Positions 9,792 through 20,523 of a stretch of 64,000 nt of DNA are shown here, piece by piece; position 1 is the first letter of the stretch; every line of letters starts with the position of its first letter. The notes beneath the pieces were generated by a model. The model worked only from the letters and a program-made list of their open reading frames with translations, was not told where the DNA came from and did not search any database. The stretch comes from an uncultured Acidobacteriota bacterium. GTDB taxonomy: Bacteria > Acidobacteriota > UBA6911. The stretch covers positions 32,001 through 96,000 of the forward strand of contig CAWJKZ010000004.1 of the NCBI GenBank assembly GCA_963843575.1, given 5' to 3'. A program made the translations under genes and the position numbers.

Positions 9792-10334
9792 TCAGACCGA
9801 AGCGGCCATCTTCAGCGATCCGTGGCTGTTCACGACGGCTCGGGCGACTATCTCTTCGAGCGTCAGGCCATCGCCCGGGAACTCCGCAATGCCGACGGAC
9901 GTCGGCGTGGCGACCCGCGCGCGGAGCAGCTCGTTGAGGCGCCGGACGGCGCGTTCCGCCTGGGATTTCGTCAGCTCAGGCATCAGGATCACGTACCGCC
10001 CGGCGGCCGCGTCGTAGGCCACCAGGTCCGTCTCACGGATCCAGTCGGGGAGGATCGCCCCAAGCAGGAGCGATATCATATCGGGGTAACTCGGGTCGGC
10101 GTGTTCGCCCGAACTGCCGTTCGAGCCGTTTTTGCCGAGAACGCAGCGCAGAACCAGCACGCTCAGCGGCCTCTGGTATCGCCGGGCCCTCGTGACCTCA
10201 GCATCGAAATCGGGCAGCGCCTCCCGGTAAGAGGGTATGCGCGCCAACTTCGACAGCAGCGGGCCTTCCTTGAGGGTGGCCCCGGTCTTCCTGGAACGTC
10301 TCGAACGGGATTTAAACACCTGGGAAAATCTCAT
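9792..10334 (-). CDS. Degenerate GGDEF-domain protein, putative c-di-GMP receptor
   Basis: EVTRARRYQRPLSVLVL, IRETDLV (RxxD I-site) and SVGIAEFPGDG are kept. The GGDEF motif is replaced by AAAGRY. ATG at 10334 after GAGGAAGG. Confidence 0.75.
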   Translation of the reverse strand: MRFSQVFKSRSRRSRKTGATLKEGPLLSKLARIPSYREALPDFDAEVTRARRYQRPLSVLVLRCVLGKNGSNGSSGEHADPSYPDMISLLLGAILPDWIRETDLVAYDAAAGRYVILMPELTKSQAERAVRRLNELLRARVATPTSVGIAEFPGDGLTLEEIVARAVVNSHGSLKMAASV

Positions 10335-10362
10335 GCCCTTCCTCGGGGGAAACACTCGTTAA

Positions 10363-12633
10363 TCAGATCTGGTTCGCGGGAGCAGGCCGGCCCGCGGCTG
10401 CGCTTACGTAGCTTTCGGGTCGACCCTTGTCCGGTCCGTAATACTCGCGGTAATAGCCGGGCAGTATGTTGATGTGGAGGTCGTTCAAAACCACGCCGAT
10501 GACGTTGTGCGCCTGCTCGAGCGCGCGCAGCGCGACCTCTCGGGGGGTTGCGCCGCTCCGCACAACGAAAACCGACCCGTCGACGGCCTCGGAGAGAATT
10601 CGTGCATCCGCAAGGTTGATGAACAGGGCCGGTGAATCCACGACGACGTAGTCGTACGAATCGGTCGCCTCGGTCATCAGGCGGTTCAGCCGGCTGGACG
10701 AGAGCAGTTCGGTGGATTCCGTGGTTGGGGGTCCCGCCGGCAGAACCGAAATCCCCTCGGCCTTCAGGGCGTGGACATACTTTCCCCAATACTCGTCCCC
10801 GGCCAGATAAGTCGTCAGCCCCTCCCGGTTGTCGAGCCCGAATACCCGGTGCACGCAAGGCCGGCGCGCGTCGCCGTCGATCAGCAGGACGCGCTTGCCC
10901 AGCCTGGCGAGCGACAGCGCCAGGTTGACCGAAACCGTCGTCTTCCCTTCCCCGGGCCGCGAACTGGTGACGAGGATCGAGCGCGGAGTCGTCTGCATGC
11001 CCCTGAACAATACGGAAGTGCGCAGGGCGGCGAACGCATTCGATAACACCGATGGCCGCTGCGTGTCGTGGTCGATGCGATACCAGCGCGCGAGCAGCTT
11101 CATCGGGGTGCGCGCCGCGGTGAGAGCCGCAGGTGCGACCTTACCGTTGCGGCTCCGCCCGGTCGCGGCAACCGACGGTATCAAGCCCAGAGCCGGAAGA
11201 CCGAGGACGCTGCCCACTTCTTCAGCGGTCTTCAGCTTCGTGTCGAGCTGGTCTCGCAAAAAGGCGATCCCGACCCCCAGCATCAGGCCGAGCATGCCGC
11301 CGAGGGCCAGGTTGAGCACCGGCTTCGGCTGATCGGGCTTCGTCGGCGCGCTCGCCTGGTCCACGACGCCGACGTGGGTCGCCTTCAGCGCGGTCGACAC
11401 ACCGACTTCCTTCAGCTTCTGCTGCAGGACCACGTAAAGCTGCTTGTTGGTATCGACCTCCCGCTTGAGCGTGTTGTAGCCGGAGGTCTTGGCCGCCACC
11501 CGGTTGACCAGCCTCTGCTGGTCTTCCATCGCCCGTCGGAGCAGTTGCTCGCGCTTTACGGCCGCCTGGTATTCGCCGGTGATCTTGTCGCCGTGACGCT
11601 GCCGTTCGGCCATCAGCTGCACTTCGAGTTCGTCGATCTGGTTGCGGACTTCCTTCGCCTTGGGATACTCCGGGAGGAAAGACGACATCAGCCGCGCATA
11701 CTCGCGCTTCTGCTCGGCAAGCCGGACGCTCAGGCTCTCGATCACCGGGTTATCGAGCGAGTCGAGCGCTCGACCGTCTTTCTGGTCCCGAATGCCGGAG
11801 GCTTCCGACTCTTTTATATAGCGCGCCGCTTCCGCCTGGGTGAGCGCTTCCTGCAACTGCAGGAGGCGGTTGTTAATGAGGTTGTCGGCGTCCCCTTTTT
11901 CGCTTTCCAGAAGCTGCAGGCCGTTCGCCTGGGTGTATTTCCGCAGCCGATCTTCCGAGTTAACAAGCTTGGTCTGGGTGGCCTGGAGCTGGGTCGATAG
12001 CCAGGTCGAGGCCTTTTCTCCCCCCTCCACGCGCAGTTTCACGTAATTGGAGAGCACGGAATTCACCACGCGGGCAGAGCGGTCGGGATCCAGCGAGTCG
12101 AAGCTGACCTGGACGAGCCAGCTCCCCGGCACCGGCATCACGATGAGGAGCGATTCGAACTTCTCCGCGAGAGCCTCCATTTTCGGGGGCGTCGTCGGGC
12201 CGAGCCACGTTCGCCAAAAAGCGGGCTTGAACTCGTCCGCGCTGGCCAAGTCCAGTTCCTTGATCACACGCTGAGCCAGGGTCGTGCTCGTCAGGATCCC
12301 GCACTCGGTCCGCAGGTACTCGGCCGAGACCGGCAACAGGTTGAAGAGCATCTCCGGCGGCACCGCGTCGGCGCTGTCCCGGCGTATCTCCAGGACCCCG
12401 GTCGCACGGTACACCGGGTCCTGCAGCAGGGTCCCCGCTATCACGGCGAGGAAGACGACCAGAAAAACGATCACGATCACAAGGCGGCGATGCCAGACGA
12501 TATGCAGGAGCTTGCGCAGATCCGGCAGCATCGAAAGCTCGGCGGCCGGCTCGGCCGGCACAATCTCGGGCAGCTGCCTGTCCCGTGAATACTGATTTCG
12601 CCTGACGAGTTGATTTTCCATACGATTGTTCAC
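10363..12633 (-). CDS. wzc: Wzc/GumC polysaccharide co-polymerase with BY-kinase domain
   Basis: Two TMs flank a coiled-coil periplasmic region; SSRPGEGKTT, IDGDARRP, VVVDSP, Tyr cluster YYREYY. Start could be ATG 12621. Confidence 0.93.
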   Translation of the reverse strand: MNNRMENQLVRRNQYSRDRQLPEIVPAEPAAELSMLPDLRKLLHIVWHRRLVIVIVFLVVFLAVIAGTLLQDPVYRATGVLEIRRDSADAVPPEMLFNLLPVSAEYLRTECGILTSTTLAQRVIKELDLASADEFKPAFWRTWLGPTTPPKMEALAEKFESLLIVMPVPGSWLVQVSFDSLDPDRSARVVNSVLSNYVKLRVEGGEKASTWLSTQLQATQTKLVNSEDRLRKYTQANGLQLLESEKGDADNLINNRLLQLQEALTQAEAARYIKESEASGIRDQKDGRALDSLDNPVIESLSVRLAEQKREYARLMSSFLPEYPKAKEVRNQIDELEVQLMAERQRHGDKITGEYQAAVKREQLLRRAMEDQQRLVNRVAAKTSGYNTLKREVDTNKQLYVVLQQKLKEVGVSTALKATHVGVVDQASAPTKPDQPKPVLNLALGGMLGLMLGVGIAFLRDQLDTKLKTAEEVGSVLGLPALGLIPSVAATGRSRNGKVAPAALTAARTPMKLLARWYRIDHDTQRPSVLSNAFAALRTSVLFRGMQTTPRSILVTSSRPGEGKTTVSVNLALSLARLGKRVLLIDGDARRPCVHRVFGLDNREGLTTYLAGDEYWGKYVHALKAEGISVLPAGPPTTESTELLSSSRLNRLMTEATDSYDYVVVDSPALFINLADARILSEAVDGSVFVVRSGATPREVALRALEQAHNVIGVVLNDLHINILPGYYREYYGPDKGRPESYVSAAAGRPAPANQI

Positions 12634-12646
12634 GCTTCTTTCTTAT

Positions 12647-13663
12647 TTACGGAAGTACGGTGCGCAGGGTGATCATCCGGACGAGCGCGTCCGCGGTGCC
12701 GAGCGCCACGGACTTGCCCCTGCTGTTGGGCACGAAAACAACGTCGCGCGCCTGCAGCGGGACGTCGGGCGCTTTGCCGTTGAGTATGTCGCTCAGGTTG
12801 ATCGGCACCTCCTGGCGGGTGCCCGTGTCCAGGGTGCGGATGACCCTCGCATTCTTGCCGGCTGCCGTCGCCTTCAGACCCTCACCCAGTGCAAGAGCAT
12901 TCAAGATCGTGAGCTTCTCGTGATCGTTCATCGGGAAAGCCCCCGGCTTGTTGACCTCACCCACGATGTAAACCAGTCCGGCCGACATCACCTTCACGAT
13001 GTCCCCCGGGTAAACGAGGACGTTCTGCTGCGGGTCCCCGGCCTGAAGCAGGTCCTTGAGCTTCACTTCAACGAAGTTGCTCGGCGGAAGAGTTCCGGCC
13101 TGCGCCGCGGCGAATGCGGCCGGCGCATCGCCTTCCCGGCTTGCCGCCGAACCGGCAGCCGTGCCGCGCATCACGATCGCGGTGGACCCGGCGCCCGGCG
13201 CCAGCCCCTGAGCCAGCGACAGGACCTCCAGCAGTGTCCGTGCTCCCCTTATCTGAAACGTGCCCGGTTTGTTCACCGCACCCATTACCGAAATGGTGTG
13301 GCTCTGCATCTCGAGGACCTGGACGCTCACCTGGGGGTTGCGCATGTAGGTCTCACGCAGACGGTCCTGGACCATGAGTTCGATCGCCCGGGGCGCGAGC
13401 CCGCCCACCTGGAAGACTCCTATCAGAGGAAGGGAGATCTCGCCGCTGGCCGAGACGCGGACGGGACGGCTCAGATCGGGAGCCTCGAGCACCGTGACCG
13501 AGAGGAGATCGTCCGGTCCCGCGCAGTAGTCCGCGCTCCTGGCCTGCGCCGGCTCCGCCGCGGCGGGCGCCGACTCTGTCTGCGCCCCCAGGGCTTGGAC
13601 AAAAGCAAATGCGAGGAACGCGACGGGCACTGCCGGGCCCGTTACTCTGTTGCGGCAAATCAT
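12647..13663 (-). CDS. wza: Wza/GumB polysaccharide export protein with SLBB domains
   Basis: Signal peptide; GPDDLLSV, GEISLPLIG, NPQVSV, MGAVNKPG, VGEVNKPG, DVVFVP. Confidence 0.9.
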   Translation of the reverse strand: MICRNRVTGPAVPVAFLAFAFVQALGAQTESAPAAAEPAQARSADYCAGPDDLLSVTVLEAPDLSRPVRVSASGEISLPLIGVFQVGGLAPRAIELMVQDRLRETYMRNPQVSVQVLEMQSHTISVMGAVNKPGTFQIRGARTLLEVLSLAQGLAPGAGSTAIVMRGTAAGSAASREGDAPAAFAAAQAGTLPPSNFVEVKLKDLLQAGDPQQNVLVYPGDIVKVMSAGLVYIVGEVNKPGAFPMNDHEKLTILNALALGEGLKATAAGKNARVIRTLDTGTRQEVPINLSDILNGKAPDVPLQARDVVFVPNSRGKSVALGTADALVRMITLRTVLP

Positions 13664-13987
13664 TTTCCCTTACTCCCTGCAAGAACACCCGATGAGGTTC
13701 CAATTCAGATGTCCTTAAAGATCCAGCCTGGCGGCCATTTCTACAATCCGGTATATGCCGCAATCGCTTTAGGGAGAATGCAGCAAAATCCCTTAAGGGG
13801 AATTCACGGGATCTTAATAGTGTGTTCATGGCTCGCTAACGTCGCTGGGACGCGGATTTACCCCGATGTACGTGGATTTTGACTTGGTGACAGGCAGACA
13901 GCTGCACTCTATTCAGGTTTTCCCTGAGCGACAAATGCGAATATCCCTCGATTGAGGGCTTCACGGCGGCGGCCTACCCTTCACATT
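13664..13987. promoter_or_regulatory. Divergent promoter region between the EPS operon and the secreted repeat-protein genes
   Basis: AT-richer intergenic region between head-to-head genes; palindrome TCAGG-TTTTC-CCTGA at 13913-13927 and several TNAGGG half-sites. Confidence 0.55.
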
Positions 13988-15832
13988 ATGAAAACAAGAC
14001 GAGTTGTGCCGGCCATGCTGGCGGGGATCCTCATTCCGGTTGTTTTTGGCGCGCCCGCAGTTTCGCAAGGGCCGATTTCCGGCATGCGACTCGTCGGCCA
14101 GATCGGCGGCAGGATCGGCACCCTGGCAGTGCAGGGGACTTACGGATATGTGGCGTTGGGGCCGCGCGTCCTGGTCCTGAACCTCTCGAATCCGGGAGCT
14201 CCGGCGCCGGCGGGCCAGACGTCTGTCTTTTCCGGTCTCGTCCAGGCCGTGGCCGTCGGCGAGAGGTTTCTGGCCGTCGGACTGGGACGGGGCGGCGTGC
14301 GGCTGCTGGACGTCTCGAACCCGGCCGAGCCGCGCGAACTGGGAGGGTTGAACACGCCCGGAAGTGCGGAGGGGCTATTTGTGCGCGGCCGGCACCTATA
14401 CATAGCGGACGGGTCTGCGGGCCTCCAGATTTTCGACACTGCCGACCCCGCCAACCCCTACCTCGTGGGCAGCTTCAAAACTCCCGGGTATGCGGCTGGC
14501 GTGTGCGTGGCCGGTGACTACGCTTTCGTCGCGGACACCGCATCCGGCCTCCGCATACTCGACGTGCGAGACCCGGGCAGCCCGTCGGAGGTTGGGGCAC
14601 TGGAGGCCGCGCGCGGCGTCATGACTGTCCAGGTGAGCGGCAGATTCGCATATCTGGCCGACGGGCAGGACCTGCGCATCGTCGACGTCTCCCGGCCGTC
14701 ACGGCCGATGGAGGTGGCCGTCCATCATACCGACGGCACCATCCGGGAGATTTCAATTGTGGGCGAGACCGCTTATGTCGCCGACGGGTGGGCAGGATTG
14801 CGGGTACTCGACCTCTCCCAACCCGCGCTGCCGGCCGAAACCGGAGCGCTGGCTTCTTCCGGGCCGGTGACCAGCATATCGGCGGACGGGGCCCACGCAT
14901 TCATCGTCGACGAACTGTACGGCTTGAGGGTAATCGACGTCTCCAAGCCCGGCTTTCTCCTTCAGACCGGCTCCTTCCCGGTGGCTCAATCAGTCCAGGA
15001 CGTCCACGTCGTCGGCAGTCGCGCCTACGTGGCCGCAGGCGAGGCCGGCCTCAGGATTGTCGATGTTTCCGACCCGACTCGACCGGTCGAGGTGGGAGCA
15101 CTCAAGACGGCCAGGTTCGCCCGGGGCGTTCATGTTTCCGGAGACGAGGCCTTCGTGGCAGCGGGCGATGCCGGCCTGAGAGTGATCGACGTGTCCGAAC
15201 CGTCACATCCCCGTGAAATAGGCTCGACGGCCACCCCGGGAGATGCAGGCGCGGTTTACACGGCCGGCAGCCTGGCGTTCGTCGCGGACGGTTGGGCGGG
15301 CTTGCGCATCATCGATGTCTCAGACCCGGAAAAGCCCGTCGAGCTGGGGGCCTTCGAATCCGGGTCCGTCGAGCGGATGTGGGTGTCCGCCGAATGTGCG
15401 TACGTGACCGGCGGCAAGAACGACCTGCGCGTTGTGGATCTTTCGGACCCGCGCAGACCATTGGAGATCGCCGCGTTCGATATGCCCGAGGACGTCAACG
15501 ACATCTATGTCAGCGGACTGCGCGCCTACATATCCGCAGGCGCGAATCACCTCCGCGTGGTCGATCCGCCCGCGGCCCGGTCCGAGGAGGCCGGCGCTGT
15601 CGAACGTTCGTCCGGCGGCCGGATCGCCGCTCGGGACGAGTACGCTTTCATCGCCGCAGAAGGGGACGGGGTGACCGTCGTATCCACGGCCAATTCCGGG
15701 AAGCCGACGACAGTGGCCCGACTCCGCACTGTCGGGTCGGCGGCCCGCCTCCAGGTTATAGGTGATTATGTATATGTGGCTGATGGGGATGGCGGGCTCG
15801 CCATCCTGCGACTCGAGCGCTCCAATCGGTAA
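13988..15832 (+). CDS. Secreted LVIVD-repeat beta-propeller protein
   Basis: Signal peptide followed by a dozen or more ~42-aa repeats of the form AYVAdG.aGLRI(I/V)DVSdP.rPvE.G. Confidence 0.9.
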   Translation: MKTRRVVPAMLAGILIPVVFGAPAVSQGPISGMRLVGQIGGRIGTLAVQGTYGYVALGPRVLVLNLSNPGAPAPAGQTSVFSGLVQAVAVGERFLAVGLGRGGVRLLDVSNPAEPRELGGLNTPGSAEGLFVRGRHLYIADGSAGLQIFDTADPANPYLVGSFKTPGYAAGVCVAGDYAFVADTASGLRILDVRDPGSPSEVGALEAARGVMTVQVSGRFAYLADGQDLRIVDVSRPSRPMEVAVHHTDGTIREISIVGETAYVADGWAGLRVLDLSQPALPAETGALASSGPVTSISADGAHAFIVDELYGLRVIDVSKPGFLLQTGSFPVAQSVQDVHVVGSRAYVAAGEAGLRIVDVSDPTRPVEVGALKTARFARGVHVSGDEAFVAAGDAGLRVIDVSEPSHPREIGSTATPGDAGAVYTAGSLAFVADGWAGLRIIDVSDPEKPVELGAFESGSVERMWVSAECAYVTGGKNDLRVVDLSDPRRPLEIAAFDMPEDVNDIYVSGLRAYISAGANHLRVVDPPAARSEEAGAVERSSGGRIAARDEYAFIAAEGDGVTVVSTANSGKPTTVARLRTVGSAARLQVIGDYVYVADGDGGLAILRLERSNR

Positions 15833-18800
15833 GGCGTCCCTGCCGGCGGACCGGCGCGCGTCTGGGATCGGGCTGTTGCTCCTTACCGGATGGCTCCTCG
15901 GCAGCGGCGCCGCAAACGAAGCCGCTGCCCAGAGCCTGATAGGCTATCGCGACTTCTCCTTCGGGACTACGTGCAACTCGACCCCTACAGGGGAAAAACC
16001 GGAGAGCAAACTGTGGATCAACGACGGGTCGTGGTGGGGTAGCCTGTGCAACCCGACGGCGAAGGAGTACCACATATACCGGCTCGACCTGCCGACTCAG
16101 CAATGGATCGACACCGGCACGGCGATCGACGACCGCCCCGGAACCAAGGGCGACACCCTCTGGGACCCGGCGTCCCAGAAACTCTACGTCGTCTCGCACG
16201 TGTTTACGACGACCGGACAGTCGGTGTCGTCGAGCGGCCAGTGGGGCCGTCTCTACCGCTTCAGCTACAACTCGTCAACCAAGCAATACAGCCTCGATTC
16301 CGGTTTCCCCATAACCGTGACCCGGGGCAAATCCGAAACGCTCGTCATCGCCAAGGATTCCACCGGCCAGTTGTGGGTCACCTACGTCGAGAACAGTAAG
16401 GTGATGGTGAACCACTCCAACGGCAGCGATACCTCCTGGGGGGATCCATACGTCCTGCCGCTACCAGCGAGCGCGACCACTGTAGCCGCCGACGACATCT
16501 CGTCCATTCTCGCCTTTCAGGGCAACAAGATCGGCGTAATGTGGAGCAGCCAGCTGAATAAGAGGTTCTATTTCGGGGTGCACCTGGATGGCACGCCCGA
16601 CACCGCATGGCAAATGGACAGCGTCGGCATACCCGGGCCGCCCTGTTCGGGCGACTGCGGCGACGATCACATCAACCTGAAGTCAATCCAGGTGGACGGC
16701 ACCGGGCGGGTGTTTGCGGCCATCAAGACCTCTCTGACCGCGGCCAACGCCCCCCTCGTCATGCTCGTCGCGCGTGACAGAAACGGGAACTGGGCCAGCT
16801 ATGTTTTTGGCCGGAAGAGAGATGCCCTCACCAGGCCCGTGGTCTTGCTCGACGAGGAACACGGACGCCTCTACATGTTCGCCACCTCGCCCGAGAGCAG
16901 CGGCAGCATCTACTACAAATCCACCGACATCAACAACATCAGCTTCCCTGTCGGACTGGGCGACCTGTTCATCGACAGCCCGACCGACTCCCGGATCAAC
17001 AACGCGACCTCGACCAAGCAGAACCTCAACAGTTCGACGGGGCTGGTGGTGCTGGCCAGCGATCAGGATTCGAAGTACTATCTTCACAACTACCTGTCCC
17101 TGAACCCGTCCGGCGCCCCAACGGCCAATTTCTCGGGCACGCCCACGACCGGGTCGACGCCCCTGACGGTCAACTTCACCGACCTGTCCACCGGTTCGCC
17201 GACGAGCTGGAGCTGGAACTTCGGCGATGGCGGGACCTCCACCCTGCAGAATCCCAGCCACATCTACAGCGCCGCCGGACAGTACACCGTCAGCCTCACC
17301 GCCACCAACGGCACCGGCCCGAACACCGCCACCAAGACCAACTACATCACCGTCTCCGCAGCCGCGCCGGTCGCCAACTTCTCCGGCACGCCCACGACCG
17401 GGTCGGCGCCCCTGACGGTCAACTTCACCGACCTGTCCACCGGTTCGCCGACCAGCTGGAGCTGGAACTTCGGCGACGGCGGGACCTCCACGCTGCAGAA
17501 TCCCAGTCACATCTACAGCGCCGCCGGACAGTATACCGTCAGCCTCACCGCCACCAACGGCACCGGCCCGAACACCGCCACCAAGACCAACTACATCACC
17601 GTCTCCGCAGCCGCGCCGGTGGCAGATTTCTCGGGCACGCCCACGACCGGGTCGGCGCCCCTGACGGTCAACTTCACCGACCTGTCCACCGGTGCGCCAA
17701 CGAGCTGGAGCTGGAACTTCGGCGACGGCGGGACCTCTACGCTGCAGAATCCCAACCACATCTACAGCGCCGCCGGGCAGTACACCGTCAGCCTCACCGC
17801 CACCAACGGCGCGGGCCCGAACACCGCCACCAAGACCAACTACATCACCGTCTCCGCAGCCGCGCCGGTGGCAGATTTCTCGGGCATCCCCACGACTCGG
17901 GTCGGCCCCCTGAGCGGTCACACTTCACCGACCTGTCCACCGGTTCGCCGACCAGCTGGAGCTGGAACTTCGGCGACGGCGGGACCTCCACCCTGCAGAA
18001 TCCCAGCCACATCTACAGCGCCGCCGGGCAGTACACCGTCAGCCTCACCGCCACCAACGGCACCGGCCCGAACACCGCCACCAAGACCAACTACATCACC
18101 GTCTCCGCAGCCGCGCCGGTGGCAGATTTCTCGGGCACGCCCACGACCGGGTCGGCGCCCCTGACGGTCAACTTCACCGACCTGTCCACCGGTTCGCCGA
18201 CCAGCTGGAGCTGGAACTTCGGCGACGGCGGGACCTCCACCCTGCAGAATCCCAGCCACGTCTACAGCGCCGCCGGACAGTACACCGTCAGCCTCACCGC
18301 CACCAACGGCACCGGCCCGAACACCGCCACCAAGACCAACTACATCACCGTCTCCGCAGCCGCGCCGGTGGCCGACTTCTCCGGCACGCCCACGACCGGG
18401 TCGGCGCCCCTGACGGTCAACTTCACCGACCTGTCCACCGGTTCGCCGACCAGCTGGAGCTGGAACTTCGGCGACGGCGGGACCTCCACGCTGCAGAATC
18501 CCAGTCACATCTACAGCGCCGCCGGACAGTACACCGTCAGCCTCACCGCCACCAACGGCGCGGGCCCGAACACCGCCACCAAGACCAACTACATCACCGT
18601 CTCCGCAGCCGCGCCGGTGGCCAACTTCTCGGGCACGCCTACGACCGGGTCCGCGCCCCTGACGGTCAACTTCACCGACCTGTCCACCGGTGCGCCGACC
18701 AGCTGGAGCTGGAACTTCGGCGACGGCGGGACCTCCACCCTGCAGAATCCCAGCCACATCTACAGCGCCGCCGGGCAGTACACCGTCAGCCTCACCGCCA

Positions 18801-20014
18801 CCAACGGCGCGGGCCCGAACACCGCCACCAAGACCAACTACATCACCGTCTCCGCAGCCGCGCCGGTGGCAGATTTCTCGGGCATCCCCCACCTCGGGCC
18901 AGGCTCCGCTGAGCGGTCACACTTCACTGACCTGTCCACCGGTTCGCCGACCAGCTGGAGCTGGAACTTCGGCGACGGCGGGAACTCCACCCTGCAGAAC
19001 CCCAGCCACATCTACAGCGCCGCCGGGCAGTACACCGTCAGCCTCACCGCCACCAACGGCGCGGGCCCGAACACGGCAACCAAGACGAACTACATCACCG
19101 TCTCGGCGGCACCGTCGCCGCCTGGCGCCGATTTCTCCGGAACCCCTACCTCGGGCCAGGCCCCGTTGAGCGTCGCATTCACCGACCTGTCCACCGGCTC
19201 CCCGACGATCTGGAGCTGGAACTTCGGCGATGGCGGGAACTCCACCCTGCAGAACCCCAGCCACATCTACAGCGCCGCCGGGCAGTATACCGTCAGCCTC
19301 ACGGCCTCAAACGGCGCGGGCCCGAACACCGCCACCAAGACCAACTACGTCACAGTGTCGAGCTCGGGAGGCTCGGTCACTCATATGGAGACCCGGACGG
19401 GAGGTTCATCCGGCCTGCAGACGGTATCGACGGGCGTGAGTCTCACGGGGGTGGCCGGAAACCTGTACTTGGCGGCGGTCTCGACCAAGCCCAGGGTGGC
19501 GGTCGCCAGCCTTTCGGGTATGGGCCTGAACTGGACGCTGGTCAGGGGGCAATGCGCCGGGCGCAACCAGACCGGAATCGAACTCTGGATGGCCCAAGGC
19601 ACACCGAGCGGCAACGGTCCGGTGACCGCGACACTCGGTTCGGTCCCAACCAACGCAGCCATCGCCGTGTCACGCTACTCCGGCGTCAACGCCAGCTCGC
19701 CCCTGGGCAACATCGTTTCGGGGAACACCAACGGCGCCGGTGGACTCTGCTCGGGCGGCGTTGACAGCAACGCCTACTCGTTCGGTCTGTCGGTGACTAC
19801 GACCGGGGCGCTGGCCTACGGGGCGGCGGCCATCCGCAACCGGACGCACACTCCCGGAGCCGGTTATACCGAGCGCGCCGAGATCATGCAGGGCACAAGC
19901 GGAGATGCGGCCGCAGTCGCGATCGAGGACAAGCCGAGCGCTACGACGGTCTTGAACGGCTCGCTGAGCGGAACAACAGACTGGGCAGTCATCGGGGTAG
20001 AAATAAAACCCTGA
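15762..20014 (+). CDS. Large secreted surface/matrix protein: N-terminal propeller-like domain, 9 PKD repeats, C-terminal beta domain (frameshift near 17900; start uncertain)
   Basis: ORFs 15762-18164 and 18119-20014 are one gene broken in PKD repeat 4. Repeats contain FTDLSTGSPTSWSWNFGDG..ST.QNP.H.Y..AGQYTVSL. Hydrophobic signal GLLLLTGWLLGSGAANEAAA. Confidence 0.85.
17117..19360 (+). repeat. Nine near-identical ~249-bp tandem coding repeats (PKD domains)
   Basis: Units start at about 17117, 17367, 17616, 17865, 18116, 18365, 18614, 18863 and 19121. Confidence 0.93.
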
Positions 20015-20029
20015 ACAACTTCACTGCGG

Positions 20030-20105
20030 TTCTTCGAGGCCTTCGAGAAGCCTTTGAGGTGAGCTCCACCAACACGCCTCCAAGACTTCTCGAAGGCTCG
20101 AAGAA
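20030..20105. repeat. Long imperfect inverted repeat (TCGAAG-rich hairpin), possible terminator or REP-like element
   Basis: TTCTTCGAGGCCTTCGAGAAG pairs with CTTCTCGAAGGCTCGAAGAA. A related TCGA(A)G-rich stretch lies at about 24352-24408. Confidence 0.65.
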
Positions 20106-20156
20106 TCTCGAAGGGGATTTTGTCGCTCAACATGGGGGGTCGTCCGTTAGATGGGG

Positions 20157-20162
20157 TATAAT
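20157..20162 (+). promoter_or_regulatory. Putative sigma70 -10 box
   Basis: Perfect TATAAT, followed by AGGAGAGG RBS and ATG at 20176. Confidence 0.5.
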
Positions 20163-20175
20163 CCTAGGAGAGGTT

Positions 20176-20523
20176 ATGGACGAACAGAGACCCAACGACC
20201 GGAACCACTTGATCGACTTCATCGCAGCCACCGTCGAAGCCATGCGCCACGAGATGGTGACGAAGGACGAGTTCCGCACGGAAATCGCGGCAGTACGCGG
20301 CGAAATGGCCACCAAGGGCGAACTGCGCCGCCTCGAAGAGAAGATGGACGCCGGATTCACGGCGGTCAGGGGCGACGTCGAACGCGTCGCCCTGCGCCTC
20401 GACCAGGTCGATCGGAATCAGTCGCTGCGCACCGCTTCAGTTGAGAACGGCGTGAGCCGCCTGCGCTCCGTCGTCTACCTCCTCGTCAAAGACCAGCCAG
20501 ACCTCGTGCGCATGCTCGGTTAG
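20176..20523 (+). CDS. Small coiled-coil protein with (M)xTK.E repeats (DUF1640/CCDC90-like)
   Basis: Strong RBS; EMVTKDEFR and EMATKGELR repeats, heptad pattern. Confidence 0.7.
   Translation: MDEQRPNDRNHLIDFIAATVEAMRHEMVTKDEFRTEIAAVRGEMATKGELRRLEEKMDAGFTAVRGDVERVALRLDQVDRNQSLRTASVENGVSRLRSVVYLLVKDQPDLVRMLG

Noticed and set aside
13892-13906. Possible sigma54 promoter AGGCAGACAGCTGCA
   Set aside because: GG-to-GC spacing is one base short of the strict -24/-12 requirement.
17117-19360. Tandem repeats as a CRISPR array or DGR template
   Set aside because: Units are 249-bp in-frame PKD domains with no unique spacers, and there is no cas or reverse transcriptase gene.
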